Shown piece by piece: positions 1 to 10,957 of a stretch of 64,000 bases of DNA. Both the position numbers and the translations under genes were made by a program. The notes under the pieces were generated by a model, which saw only the letters and a list, made by a program, of their open reading frames with translations, did no database searches and had not been told where the DNA came from. Source of the DNA: Mobula hypostoma (taxonomy: Eukaryota); assembly GCF_963921235.1 (NCBI RefSeq), contig NC_086097.1, positions 7,626,001 to 7,690,000 on the forward strand, given 5' to 3'. The first letter of the stretch is position 1. The number at the start of each line of letters is the position of its first letter.

Positions 1-217
1 TTATGAGTAGCTGATGAACATCATAAATTCTGGTCTTGCGACCACTGACGCCAGGCAGACAATCTCTGAAGAGTATTGATAATGGTTGGGTCACCTGTCT
101 TGTAAAAACACTGCCCAGATGAAAGCAATGGAAAACCACTTCTAGAGAAAAATTTTCCTAGAATAATCATGACCATGATTGCCCATGTCATATGACACAG
201 CACAAAATGATGATGAC
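1..217 (+). mobile_element. RTE-dependent SINE-like element, 3' part, ending in (TGA)n
   Basis: Contains the RTE/BovA-like motif GCAATGGAAAACCACTTCT and ends TGATGATGA. Homologous copies at ~25008-25297 (+) and 56417-58468 (-). Confidence 0.6.
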
Positions 218-218
218 G

Positions 219-705
219 GGTAATATATTCTCAGGGGTGTATGAGGTATCCAGAGAGGTGTGGCACGTCTGGTGAAGGGGCTTGTTGTGTCCATTCCAGG
301 GAATCTTCACTCATCTTTGGACTTCACCAGACACTTATCTCTCACCTATGGTTCCAAGTAGCTGTCTGCATGTGATCGCAGTACACTGGGTGCATCGCTT
401 CCACAGGCGGGTTAAATCAGGTGAGATAGTCGGCAGGGGCCTGATAACCTGGTTAGATAGGGTCATGGAGCCTAGCATATGAAGCCTGATGAGCTAGGTA
501 AATGAGATGTACAGTGTGGACCAATGGCCACAAAGTGGGTTCTGCAACCCCTCGTGGAGAATGAAAGGTGTGAAGGTGCAACTAAGGAAGGCCCAACTGT
601 AATGACCTCTTGAACCAGTGGACCCAGACTTCTGAGGTTGAGAGAGTGGAACTGCCCATCGCAACAGTGTTTTTCATTTAAAAACTCTCGCACAGGTTTC
701 CTGTC
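219..705 (+). mobile_element. Non-coding element resembling an RTE 5'UTR
   Basis: GC-richer block without an ORF. Long-range complementarity CTCACCT (341-347) / AGGTGAG (419-425). Family assignment is by resemblance only. Confidence 0.35.
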
Positions 706-1314
706 AGGCAACCTTTCAATATACGCTTTACAAAGAAAAAGAGGAAATAAAGTGTCCTGAAAGACGATAAAAGATTCATTTGTCCTCAACATGTGTGTCC
801 GAGGAAGATTTGCTTCAGCCGCAGGGCTACATTAGTTTTTCTCATTGCTCTATTTGCTGCCCTCTCCCTCTGCTTTGTAATTGTTTATTAGCAATCTCAC
901 AGACTGTGCCCAGAGTACATTGCAACAGCCCATTTAACTGTCTCATCTTTCCAAAGGCAGCTAATTTCTGCTACTGATGCTGGAAAGTAGTGTAATGGAG
1001 AGTCTGTATTACTTGCAGAAATGTAACACTCTGTAATCTGAGCATGCAGGCTGTTTGATAGATAACCGTAGAGATGGTAACCTGTAGAACATGCTTAAAA
1101 GTGGAAAACTCAATCTTTCTATGTTTACTAATGTCAGCTCAGTTCACAGAGTTGGCGAAGGCAATGATAGTTTTTACAGGAACTCAATTTTGTTGAAAGC
1201 CCAATTTGAGATTGAGACCAAATGACAATAGGGCTAAAAGACATAGGAACAAAATTAGGCCATTTGTTCTGTTCTGCCACTCCACCATGGCTAACTTATC
1301 AACCCTCTAAACCC

Positions 1315-1554
1315 GCAAACATCAGGAATTCTGCAGATGCTGGAAATTCAAGCAACACACATAAAAGTTGCTGGTGAACGCAGCAGGCAAGGCAGCATCT
1401 CTAGGAAGAGGCGCAGTCGACGTTTCAGGCTGAGACCCTTCGTCAGGACCCTGACGTGAGTCCTGACGGAGGGTCTCGGCCTGAAACGTCGACTGCACCT
1501 CTTCCTAGAGATGCTGCCTTGCCTGCTGCGTTCACCAGCAACTTTTATGTGTGT
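1315..1554. mobile_element. Palindromic PLE pLTR mini-insertion with hammerhead motifs on both strands
   Basis: 94-bp inverted arms 1355-1448 and 1461-1554 (3 mismatches). 40-nt tail on the left arm only. 14-bp TSD AACCCTCTAAACCC at 1301-1314 and 1555-1568. Homologous to the 3' end of the PLE at 12778-12876. Confidence 0.92.
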
Positions 1555-1828
1555 AACCCTCTAAACCCATCCTCTTTCCATCTTCCTGTAACCTTTGATG
1601 CCCTGACTAATGAAGAACTAATCATCCTCCTCTTTAAATATATCCAATGGCTTGGCCTTCATTGCCATCTGTTGCAATGAATTTCCTAGATTTACCACCC
1701 TCTGGCTAAAGAAATTTCTCTTCACCTCTGTTCTAGATGGACGTTCCTCTATTCTGAGGCTGTGCTGTCTGGTTCTAGACTCTCCCACTACAGGAAATAT
1801 CCTCTCCACATCCACTCTGTCTAGGCCT

Positions 1829-2047
1829 CTGGACCCCACCATGCCACTGGATCTGGGAGGGGATGTCAAGAGGGTGGGTCTGGACCTGTGCAACCCCCTA
1901 CTCACCTAAAATCCATTCACACACACGCTGTTCCTTTCTGAGGAGTGGGGTATCCTACCTATCAAACCCCACTAACTGACTGAAAGGAACCAACATCATC
2001 CTATTGGATGGATAGCCAGAAGAAGAAGAAGAAGAAGATGATGATGA
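1829..2047 (+). mobile_element. Short non-LTR (RTE-type) non-autonomous insertion with (GAA)n(GAT)n tail
   Basis: TSD TCTAGGCCT at 1820-1828 and 2048-2056; microsatellite tail ~2018-2047; splits a CR1. Confidence 0.7.
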
Positions 2048-2430
2048 TCTAGGCCTTTCAATATTTGATAGGTTTCAATGAGATACCCCACCCCCCTATT
2101 CTTCTAAACTCTGGTGGGTACAGGCCCAGAGCCATCAAATGCTCTTCATACATTAACCCTTTCATAGGGCTCATCTGAAAAACAAAGTCTCTGAAAAGTT
2201 ACAGGGGATGACCAAAAATATTTTAAATCTCTCAAAAGTACAATTCTTCCAATGGAAGTACAAAAACATGGATTTGGTGATTGCAATCATCATGAAATGA
2301 GCAACACCTTTTGTATTTTGATGAATGAGGACATCCCAATGTTCTTTTTGATAATTATGCCTTCTATTCTCACATTGCAATTTTTTCCATTGCTGTTTTC
2401 CTGAGTCAATTGAAAAGTTAGTTGAAACTA

Positions 2431-3392
2431 TACACAGTGGCAGCTTTATTAGGTACACCTGCACATCTACTCGTTAATCAAGTCCAGTAACTTTTTTATT
2501 GTCATTTCAACCATAACTGCTGGTTCAGAACATAGCAAAAATGAGACAACATTTTCCAGGACCATGGTGCTACATGAAACAATACAAAAACTACACTGAA
2601 CTACGTAAGAAAAAACACAAAAACTACACTAGACTACAGTCCTATCCAGGACTGCATAAAGTGCACAAAACAGTGCAGGCACTACAGTAAATAATAATAA
2701 ATAATTAGCAAGACAGTAGGCACAGTAGAGGGTATAGTAGGCTGGTGTCAAGCCAGGTTCTGGGTATTGAAGAGTCTGATGGCTTGGGGGAAAAAACTGT
2801 TACATAGTCTGGTGATGAGAGCCCAAGTACTTTGGTGCCTTTTTCCAGATGGCAGGAGGGAGAAGAGTTTATATGGGGGGTGCGTGAGGTCCTTCATAAT
2901 GCTGTCAATAATATCTAATCAGCCAATCATGCGGCAGCAATTCAATGCATACGAACATGCAGACATGGTCAAGAGGGTCAGTTGTTGCTCAGACCAAACA
3001 TCAGAATGGGGAAGAAATGTGATCTAAGTGACTTTGACTGCGGAATGATTGTTGGTGCTATATGGTGTGGTTTGTGCTGATCTCCAGGGACTTTTACGCA
3101 CGAGATCCTCTAGAGTTTATGGAGAATGGTATGGAAAAACAAAAAAAAAATCCAATGTGTGGCTACTTCTGTGGGTAAAAATACTTTGTCAAAGCGAGAT
3201 CAGAGGAGAATGGCCAGACTTTTTCAAGATGACAGGAAGGCGACAGTAAATCAAATAACCATACATTACAACAGTGGTGTGCAGAAGAGATCTCTGAAAG
3301 CACAACACATCAAACCTTGAAATGGATAGGCTACAGCAGCAGAAGATCACATCATGTTTCACTCCTGTACCTGAAAAAGTGGCCAGTGAATG
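2431..3392 (+). mobile_element. Internally deleted Tc1-like DNA transposon, interrupted by a LINE fragment (~2478-2903)
   Basis: TIRs CAGTGGCAGCTTTATTAGGTAC / GTACCTGAAAAAGTGGCCAGTG. Transposase N-terminus MGKKCDLSDFDCGMIVGA from 3007, and RRMARLFQDDRKATVNQIT (HTH region). Confidence 0.85.
2478..2903 (-). mobile_element. Rex1/Babar-type LINE 3' end
   Basis: Antisense of the FSLLPSG..H..SFFPQAIRL-type C-terminus plus 3'UTR. Confidence 0.75.
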
Positions 3393-3509
3393 CATGTTTC
3401 TGCTCTGCAGCATTAACTGGCCCTGCAAGCTATTTAAGCCAGTTCAGGTAGTTTGAAGAAATCACAGATGCTGGACACTAGTGATGTCAGGATCTGATGC
3501 TTGATAATA

Positions 3510-4482
3510 TCAGATGTACCATGGAGAGCATTCTCGCTGGTTGCATCAGCATCTGGTATGGAGGAGCCACCGCACAGGATTGGAAAAAGCTGCAGAGAAG
3601 TTGCAGTCTCAACCAGCTCCATCATGGCCACTATCCTCCCCTGCATCCAGGGCACCTTCAAAAGGTGCTGCATCAGAAAAATGTCATCCATCATTAAGGA
3701 CCCCCATCTTGCAGGGCATTCCCTCTTCTCATTGCTACCATCAGGGAGGTGCAGGAGCCTGAAGACACACAATGATTGTTTCAGGGACATCTACTTCTCC
3801 TCCACAATCAGATTTCTGAATGGACAGGAATGAGAGGGTTACCATATGAGGAAGATCTGGCAGCTCTTGGGCTGTATTCCTTGGAGTTCAGGAGAATGAG
3901 GGGAGATCTCATAGAAACATTCCAAATGTTAAAAGGCCTGAATAGATTAGATATTGCAAAGTTATTTCCCATGGTAGGGGATTCTAGGACAAGAGGACAT
4001 GACTTCAGGATCGAAGGACGTCCTTTTAGAAAAGCGATGCGGAGAAATTACTTTAGTCAAAGGGTGGTAAATCTGTGGGATTTTTTGCCATGAGCGGCTG
4101 TGGAGGCCAAGTCATTGGGTGCATTTAAGGCAGAGATAGATACGTTCTTGATTAGCCAGGGCATCAAAAGATATGGGGTGAAGACAGGGGTGTGGGGATG
4201 ACTGGAAGAATTGGACAGCCCATGATTGAATGGCGGAGCAGACTCAATGGGCTGAATGGCCTCCTTCTGCTCCTATATCTTCTGGTCTTAAGGACTATGA
4301 ACTCATGTACACTATCTCAGTATCTTCTTTTTTTATTGTTCTCTTTCAGCACTATTCATCTAATTTAACTTTTTAAATATTTCTTGTTAGAGTTTATATT
4401 TTGTTTATTATTATGTTTTGCACAGCTGTACCAACAAATTTCATGACATTTGTCAGTGATACTAAACCGGATTTTGATTCTG
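3510..4482 (+). mobile_element. Rex1/Babar LINE 3' end, split by a CR1 insertion
   Basis: MESILAGCISIWYG and IIKDPHLAGHSLFSLLPSGRCRSLKTH...IRFLN; (GATTCT)-like tail at ~4470-4482. Confidence 0.85.
3827..4290 (+). mobile_element. CR1 LINE 3' end
   Basis: GMRGLPYEEDLAALGLYSLEFRRMRGDLIETF...RNYFSQRVVNLW plus CR1 3'UTR. Confidence 0.92.
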
Positions 4483-5220
4483 AAAAGGTACTTCTCAGCA
4501 TCGTGGAGATAACTAGATATCTACAAAAATCTTTTAGAGGTCAGAAGTTAGGAAGTTGCTGCTTTATTTTGTCAGGAAGCTCTAACAGGGGTGCATTTTT
4601 CATAAGGAATGACCTCCCTTTTTGTGGTTTCTGCATTTGATAATATTTAGTGATTGATCTGAAGATTAAGAACATTCTGAATACTTGTTTCAAGTGGATG
4701 TAAGCACTTATGTTCTACATCTATCAAAATACAGGCACAATACAAGCTTTTATATGATGTTTAAATGTTTGTAAAGGCAATTAGAAAGAGCCTGATGATT
4801 CATAGACAATTTATCAGCTAGCAATCTAAAGAAACCATTAATGTAACAAACACTGTCTCAGAATCCAATACTTAAATGAAATGTGCATTAGAAGCTATAG
4901 TATTTCTCAGATATAATTTTCACAGTCATATAAAATGTAGGCAGTTCAGGCTACAATATCAATAAAAAGTCCATTACTCTCAGCTCAGAATATTACTTTA
5001 AAACTGTATTATTTGATCCATTTAGTAATCAAATAATGAGAGCTTAGCTACACACTATCAGATGAGTTGGACTTGCACTATTCCTATTTTGATTTCTTCA
5101 TGTAACGTTTTCACTAATGCATTCAATACTTAATATTTTATCATCACAGTATATTACTCATAAAGATTGCTGGAACATTAAAACATTTCAGCAGCAATTT
5201 AGGAATAAATTTTAAGATCA

Positions 5221-5610
5221 TAAGACCATGAGTAAAATTAGGTCATTTGGCCCATCGAGTCTGCTTCACCATTTCGTCATGTCTGATCTATTTTCCCTCT
5301 CATCCCCCATCTCCTGCCTTCTCCCTATATCTATTCATTCCTTGACTAATCAAGAATCTATCAAGTTCTGCCTTAAATGTACCAAACGGCTTGGCCTCCA
5401 GAGCCACCCATGGCAATAAATTCCACATATTCACCACTTTCTGGCTAAAGAAATTCCTCCTCATCTCCACTCTAAATGGACATCCCTGTATTCTGAGGAT
5501 GTGTCCTCTGGTCTTAGACTCCCACGCCACAGGAAACATTTTCTGCACATCCACTCTATCGAGGCCTTTCAACATTCGATAGGTTTCAATGAGATCCCCC
5601 CTCATTCTTC
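5221..5610 (-). mobile_element. CR1 LINE 3' end
   Basis: ORF 5300-5722(-): RRMRGDLIETYRMLKGLDRVD...RNFFSQKVVNMWN. Confidence 0.9.
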
Positions 5611-6082
5611 TGATTTCTCTTTGTTTGCTGTCATTTGTGCTGTCATCTGAGTGTTGATTTTCTTTGATGCTATTGCACTTCTTTGTATCTGCTGTGAATG
5701 CCAGGGCAGTACATGGTGACATAGATGTATTTTGATAATAAATTTACTTTGCACTTTGAATATTGAATCAAGAGGCAATGGTTCATGATAAGTTGGAGCA
5801 AATCTTTTGGTTGGCTCTTCTTAGAGAGCGTTACCGAGATATACTTATGGATGCACTGTGGACCATGCAGTTCAACTTCAAGATGTATGAGAGAAGACAC
5901 AAAGTGTCTTAGAAAAAGGGCATCCACTTTATTATTGACTAACAATAACTACTAAACATGGGATACTTATCTTATTCTGATATCATAATGTTATTAAATT
6001 ATGACTTATTTAACTATAAATAAAATGGTAATTACATTTTCAGAAGAGCTGTCTTTTGAGCAAGATCTTGCCCAAGACTTTG

Positions 6083-6968
6083 ATTAAGTGCTTCAATAAA
6101 TTGCAATCAACCTTTTCAGTGTAAAGAAGGGAATTTGCTCCAAGTTTGTTGATCCACCTTGCACTAACCCTGGTTCTCTTTGGACAAGACCAGTAACCCA
6201 GCATAGTCAGATCCCTGACGTGATAGAGAGATGGCAGCTGCTGGGAGTCTTGAGCAACACACACAAAATGCTGGAGGAACTCAGCAGATCAAGTAGCATC
6301 TATGGGCTGAAACATCTGTAGATGCTACCTGATCTGCTGAGCTCCTCCTGCATTTTGTATGTGTTAGTCAGATCCCAAATAAGCAAATCAAAGCTCAGAA
6401 GAAAAGCTCTTCTTTGGGATGCCATGGTAGTGTAGTAGTCAGAGTGATGCTATTACAGCTCGTGGCATTAGAGTTCAATCCTGGCATCGTTGTACAGTGT
6501 TTGTATGTTCTCCCTGTGAAACGTGTAGGCTTTCACCAGGTGTTCTGGTTTCCTCCCACAGTCCAAAGATGTATCATTTAGTAGGCTATTTTATCTCAAT
6601 TGTCCTATATAAGGCTAGTGTTAAATAGGTGAGTTGCTGAGTGGTGTGGCTGCTCCACGATGTATCGCTAAATAAAGCAAAATTAAGTGCTCCAATAAAT
6701 TGCACTAAACCTTTTCAAAGTAATAAAGGGGTTTCTCTCAAAGCCTGTTGATCCACCTTCCATTAACCAACACTAAACTGGCTCTCTTTGTACAAGAACA
6801 GAAACCCAGCGTAGTCAGATCCCTGATATGCAAGAGTGAGAACAAATGCTGGGAATATCAGGCAACACATCCAAAATGCTGGAGGAACTCAGCAGGTCAG
6901 GCAGCTTCTGTGAAGGAATTAAGCGATGTTTCACTCCAAGATCTCCATGAGTGTGTTAGTCAGATCCC
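6083..6968. repeat. Old tandem duplication (6083-6376 and 6682-6968), each copy carrying the same PLE mini-insertion
   Basis: Both copies start ATTAAGTGCTYCAATAAATTGCA. Both have TSD TAGTCAGATCCC (6204/6365 and 6812/6957) around a pLTR remnant. Confidence 0.85.
6417..6675 (+). mobile_element. HE1-like tRNA-derived V-SINE
   Basis: A/B-box-like head, V-domain-like GGTGTTCTGGTTTCCTCCCACAGTCCAAAG, AAAT-rich tail. Confidence 0.8.
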
Positions 6969-7073
6969 TGTAGACTACTGTGAAATTGTTACAGATGGTG
7001 CAATAGAAACCTTATCATTGGTGTAACATCTCTTTTTCTGGTGATCTCAGTTATATTGACAGTAAAGATTCTG

Positions 7074-7515
7074 TGAATGAAAGGGTTAACATATGAGGAG
7101 TGTTTGATGGCTCTGGACTTGTACTCACAGGAACTTAAAAGAATGAAAGGGGACCTCATTGAAACCTATCAAATATTGAAAGGTCTGTATAGAGTGGAAG
7201 TAGGGAGCACATTTCCTATAGTGGGGGAATTTAGGACGAGAGGGCACAACTTCAGAATAAAATGACCTCCATTTAGAATAGAGATAGGGAGGAATTTCTT
7301 TAGCCAGAAAGTGGTGAATCTGTGGAATTCATTGCCACAGATGGCTGCGGAGGCCAAGTCATTGAATATATTTAAAGCAGAGGTTGATAGGTTCATGATT
7401 AATCAGGATGTCAAAGGCAGAAGGCAGGGGAATGGAATAATAAATCAGCCATAATAGAACGGTGGAGCAGACTCGATGAGCTAAATGGCCTAATTCTGCT
7501 CCCATGTCTTATGGT
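7074..7515 (+). mobile_element. CR1 LINE 3' end
   Basis: MKGLTYEECLMALDLYS...GDLIETYQILKGL plus 3'UTR. Confidence 0.9.
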
Positions 7516-8429
7516 GATAAGGAGAGGGATAGCATTTACTTCACATCCAGCCACTCAGCCCTGTGACTGAGTGGGATTGTGGCAGGAGACACTTCAATTG
7601 GAATGCTGACCAGTGAGAAAATTAAAGCAGGTAATTGTCTGAGCTATTACCTTCCATTTTAATTAAATTTTATTATCTTTTGTGTTTTTATTTTTAAGCA
7701 AAGTTTAATTGACTAATTTTTAAATGTCAGTTAATCTTAGACCATCAGGACATTTCTGCAGGAGGGAATACTTATTATAAAGTGTCCTTTTATGTTTACT
7801 AACTTTCAGAGTCCTTAAGGGATGGATTTTGGGTGCGGAACGTCAGGTCATCTGACCGCTAGCCTTAGAAATGGTAAATGAGCAGCAGATCCTTGCTGCT
7901 GGTTAATACAGTCCAGCAAAGTTCAAAGTATATACGATTTTCTGCTCCACTGCAATGAATGCCTACCCTCAAAGTACATATATATCACCATGTACAATCC
8001 TGAGATTAATTTTCTTGATCAGACAAATTCAATAGAATCAGTGAATAATTGCACGTGAACAAAGACTGACAAATAACCAGTGTGAAAAAGAAGACAAACT
8101 GCAAATATAAATAGAAGATAGACAGACTGAAGAATAGTTAGATAAATCAATCAATCTGAGAACATGAGTCTTTGAAATTGAGTCCATAGTTAGTGGAATC
8201 ATTTCAGAGCTGAGGTGAGTGATGTTATTCAGCAGGTACAGCAGCCTCCTCACCATTCTAACAACCCAGGATGAAATTCTGACTTCGAATGTTCTCTGAA
8301 TTTGCATGCTTTATCCATTGCCACTTGGGTTCCCTCTTGAAGCTCATATCCCACACCTTCCACATTCTAATGGCATAGATTAATTAATCTTGTCATAAGT
8401 GAGTTGTTGGGTCTGAGAGTCGATTGTTT

Positions 8430-9196
8430 TCAGAATCAGGTTTAATATCACCGGCATATGTCATGAAACGTGTTGTTTTGCGGCAGCAGTACAAAACAAT
8501 ACATAGTAATAGAAAATTGTGAATTACAGTATATATATTAATATATACTAATATTAATATTTATAATTAATAGATACATTAATAAAGAATAGTTAAAATA
8601 AATGTAATGAAAAAAAGAGCGGGAAAAGTAGTGATAACAGGTACATGTCCATTCAGAAATTACATGGCAGAGGAGAAAAAACTGTTCCTGAATCATTGAG
8701 TGTGTGCCTTCAGGCTCCTGTACCTCGTCCCTGATGGTAGCAATGAGAAGGGGGCATTCCTGAGCAGTGGGTTAGTGATTGATGCCACCTTCTTGAGCAA
8801 TCACTCCTTGAAGATGTCCAGGCTGCTGATGAGGTTAATGCCCACGATGGAGCTGACTGGTTTCTCAACTCTGCAGCTTTTTCCGATCCTGAGCAGTAGC
8901 CCCTTCCTACTAAGTGGGGATGCAACCAGTCAGAATGCATTCTACAGTACATCTGTAGAAATATAGGAGTGTCCTTGGTGGCATACCAGATCTCCTCAAA
9001 CTCCCAATGAAGTATAGCTGCTGTCATGCCTTCTTCATAACTGCATCAGTTTGTTGGACCCAGGATAGATGCTCAGAGATATTAACACCCAAGAACTTGA
9101 ACATGCTCACTCTTTCCTCTTCTGATCCCTCTATAAGGACTAGTATGTATTTTCTCATCTTACCCTTTCTGAATTTCACAATCAGTTCTTTGGTCT
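8430..9196 (-). mobile_element. Rex1/Babar LINE 3' portion
   Basis: Antisense of KELIVKFRKGK...FKFLGVNISE...LLPSGTRYRSLKAHT; (GATTCT) tail at ~8430. Confidence 0.85.
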
Positions 9197-9530
9197 TTCA
9201 AGTAGTTCTGATAAGCGGAAGCATTCAAAAATCTATGGCCAATTCAAATTCATCCATTTTATGCAATCATCCAAAACTGATCTTTATGCAATTGAATTAA
9301 TTTTCCCTAAAACTATTAGGTGACTTTTACCATTTATTGTTCATGTATAATCAATTACAAAGACTTGTCTGACATGATCATTGATCTTGACTTGGATTGG
9401 CTGAAACACACATGGAGAATATGGAGAAGGACATTTCCTCTAAGTCTGCATTTATATTGTAAACAATCCAGGACTCAACGTGCTGCTCTCTGTCACTGAT
9501 CAAAGTTATGGAATACCAAACTCCATACCA

Positions 9531-9826
9531 ATAATAAACACAAGAAAGTCTACAATGCTGGAAATCCAGGGCAACACACACAAAATGCTGGAGGAACTCA
9601 GCAGGTCAGGCAACATCCATGGAATGAATAAACAGTGGACAATTTGGGCTGAGACCCTTCTTCAGGACTGGAAAGAAAGGGGGAATATGCTTGAACTGAA
9701 GAAAGGTCTTGGCCTGAAACTGTTTATTCATTTCCACAGATGCTGCCTGACCTGTTGTGTTCCTCCAGTATTTTGCGTGTGTTGCTCCAGATTTCCAGCA
9801 TCTGTAGAATCTCTCATGTTTATGAT
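9531..9826. mobile_element. Fully symmetric (two-tailed) palindromic PLE pLTR element
   Basis: Left arm ~9531-9670 is the reverse complement of right arm ~9696-9826, including the tail on both ends. Degraded hammerhead CTGAAGAA..GAAAC at ~9696-9720. Confidence 0.85.
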
Positions 9827-10057
9827 TTGCTGCTCCACTGCAGAGTCTTTTCGAGGGATGACTACACTAAAGAAGTTTAAATCTTCACTTCACACTCTCA
9901 CTGCTCCTTCTCTGTAATCTCTGCTGCCCACTGATTCTTCAAACATTTAATCCCAAGACTCGCTACCAAAGTCACGCATCCCTCCTGGAAGCTTGTCTTG
10001 GCTACCGTCTTGTTCCATATGGCTTCCAGATCAGTTTTCAGGTCTCTTGGTTTGGGC

Positions 10058-10453
10058 ACCTGATAGTCCATTTGGGTAGCCTCCAATCTGATGGCATGAA
10101 TATAGATATTTCCTTCCAGTAAAAAAAAAACTTCCCCTCCCTTTTCTTCTGTTCCCCACTCTGGTCTCATGTGCCTATCACCTCCGCCTAGTGCCCCTTC
10201 TCCAATGGTCCACTCTCCTCTCCTATCAGATTCCTTTCTTCTCCAGCCCTTGACCTTTCCCCCACACCTGGCTTCTCCTATCACCTTCCAGCTACCCTTC
10301 TTTCCCTTCCCCCCCCACCCACCTTTTTATTCTGGCATCCTTCCCCTTCCTTCTCAGTCCGGAAGAAGAGTCTCGGCCCGAAACAATGACCACGTACTCA
10401 TTTCAGTAGATGCTGCTTTACCTGATGCATTCCTCCAGTATTTTGGGTGTGTT
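10058..10453 (+). mobile_element. PLE 3' fragment (GIY-YIG C-terminus and pLTR)
   Basis: LGSLQSDGMNID, a pyrimidine-rich UTR and a degraded hammerhead at ~10355-10390. Confidence 0.85.
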
Positions 10454-10957
10454 GATTTCCATATCAATAAGGAAATAGCTGCGCTGTATAAGTGCCATTC
10501 ACAAAGGCACTTTTTTCCTGTTTTTTTCTCACAGGCACTAAATGATGGTTTTGGCAGCAAGACTCACAGCCCCTGAATAAATTAATAACAAATTGTCGAG
10601 TTTAACAGGAATAAATACAAACTAATACAGATGAGACAAGACGAAAATATCTTCCAGGAACAGCTTGAGAAATATGGAACCGTCATAGAATTGGAATTGT
10701 TTTATTATTGTCACATTGGGGGTGGCACTGGAGCACAGTGGTTAGCACAATGCTTTACAATACCAGCGACGCAGGTTCAATTCCCACCACTGCCGGCAAG
10801 GAACTTGTATGCTGTCCTCATGACCACATGGATTTCCTTCGGGTGCTCTGGTTTCCTCCTACAGTCCAAAAATGTACCGGTTGATAGGTTGATTTGTCGT
10901 TGTAAATTGTCCTGTGATTAGGCTAGGGTTCTGTCCAGGTAGACCCATTGTTTCAGC

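Larger units (their letters stand above)
1240..2165 (-). mobile_element. CR1 LINE 3' end, interrupted by a PLE mini-element and an RTE-type SINE
   Basis: Minus ORF 1618-1905 reads RGLDRVDVERIFPVVGESRTR...RNFFSQRVVNLGNSL (CR1 ORF2 C-terminus). CR1 3'UTR at 1240-1300. Confidence 0.9.

Noticed and set aside
1301..1314. Telomere-like target preference of the PLE (AACCCTCTAAACCC)
   Set aside because: Other PLE TSDs here (ATGTGTGGCTTAGC, TAGTCAGATCCC, GCTTGT) share no such motif, and this site is ordinary CR1 3'UTR.
10718..10795. tRNA gene (also other HE1-like heads and 50970-51040)
   Set aside because: The A/B boxes continue into SINE bodies; no intact cloverleaf or terminator.
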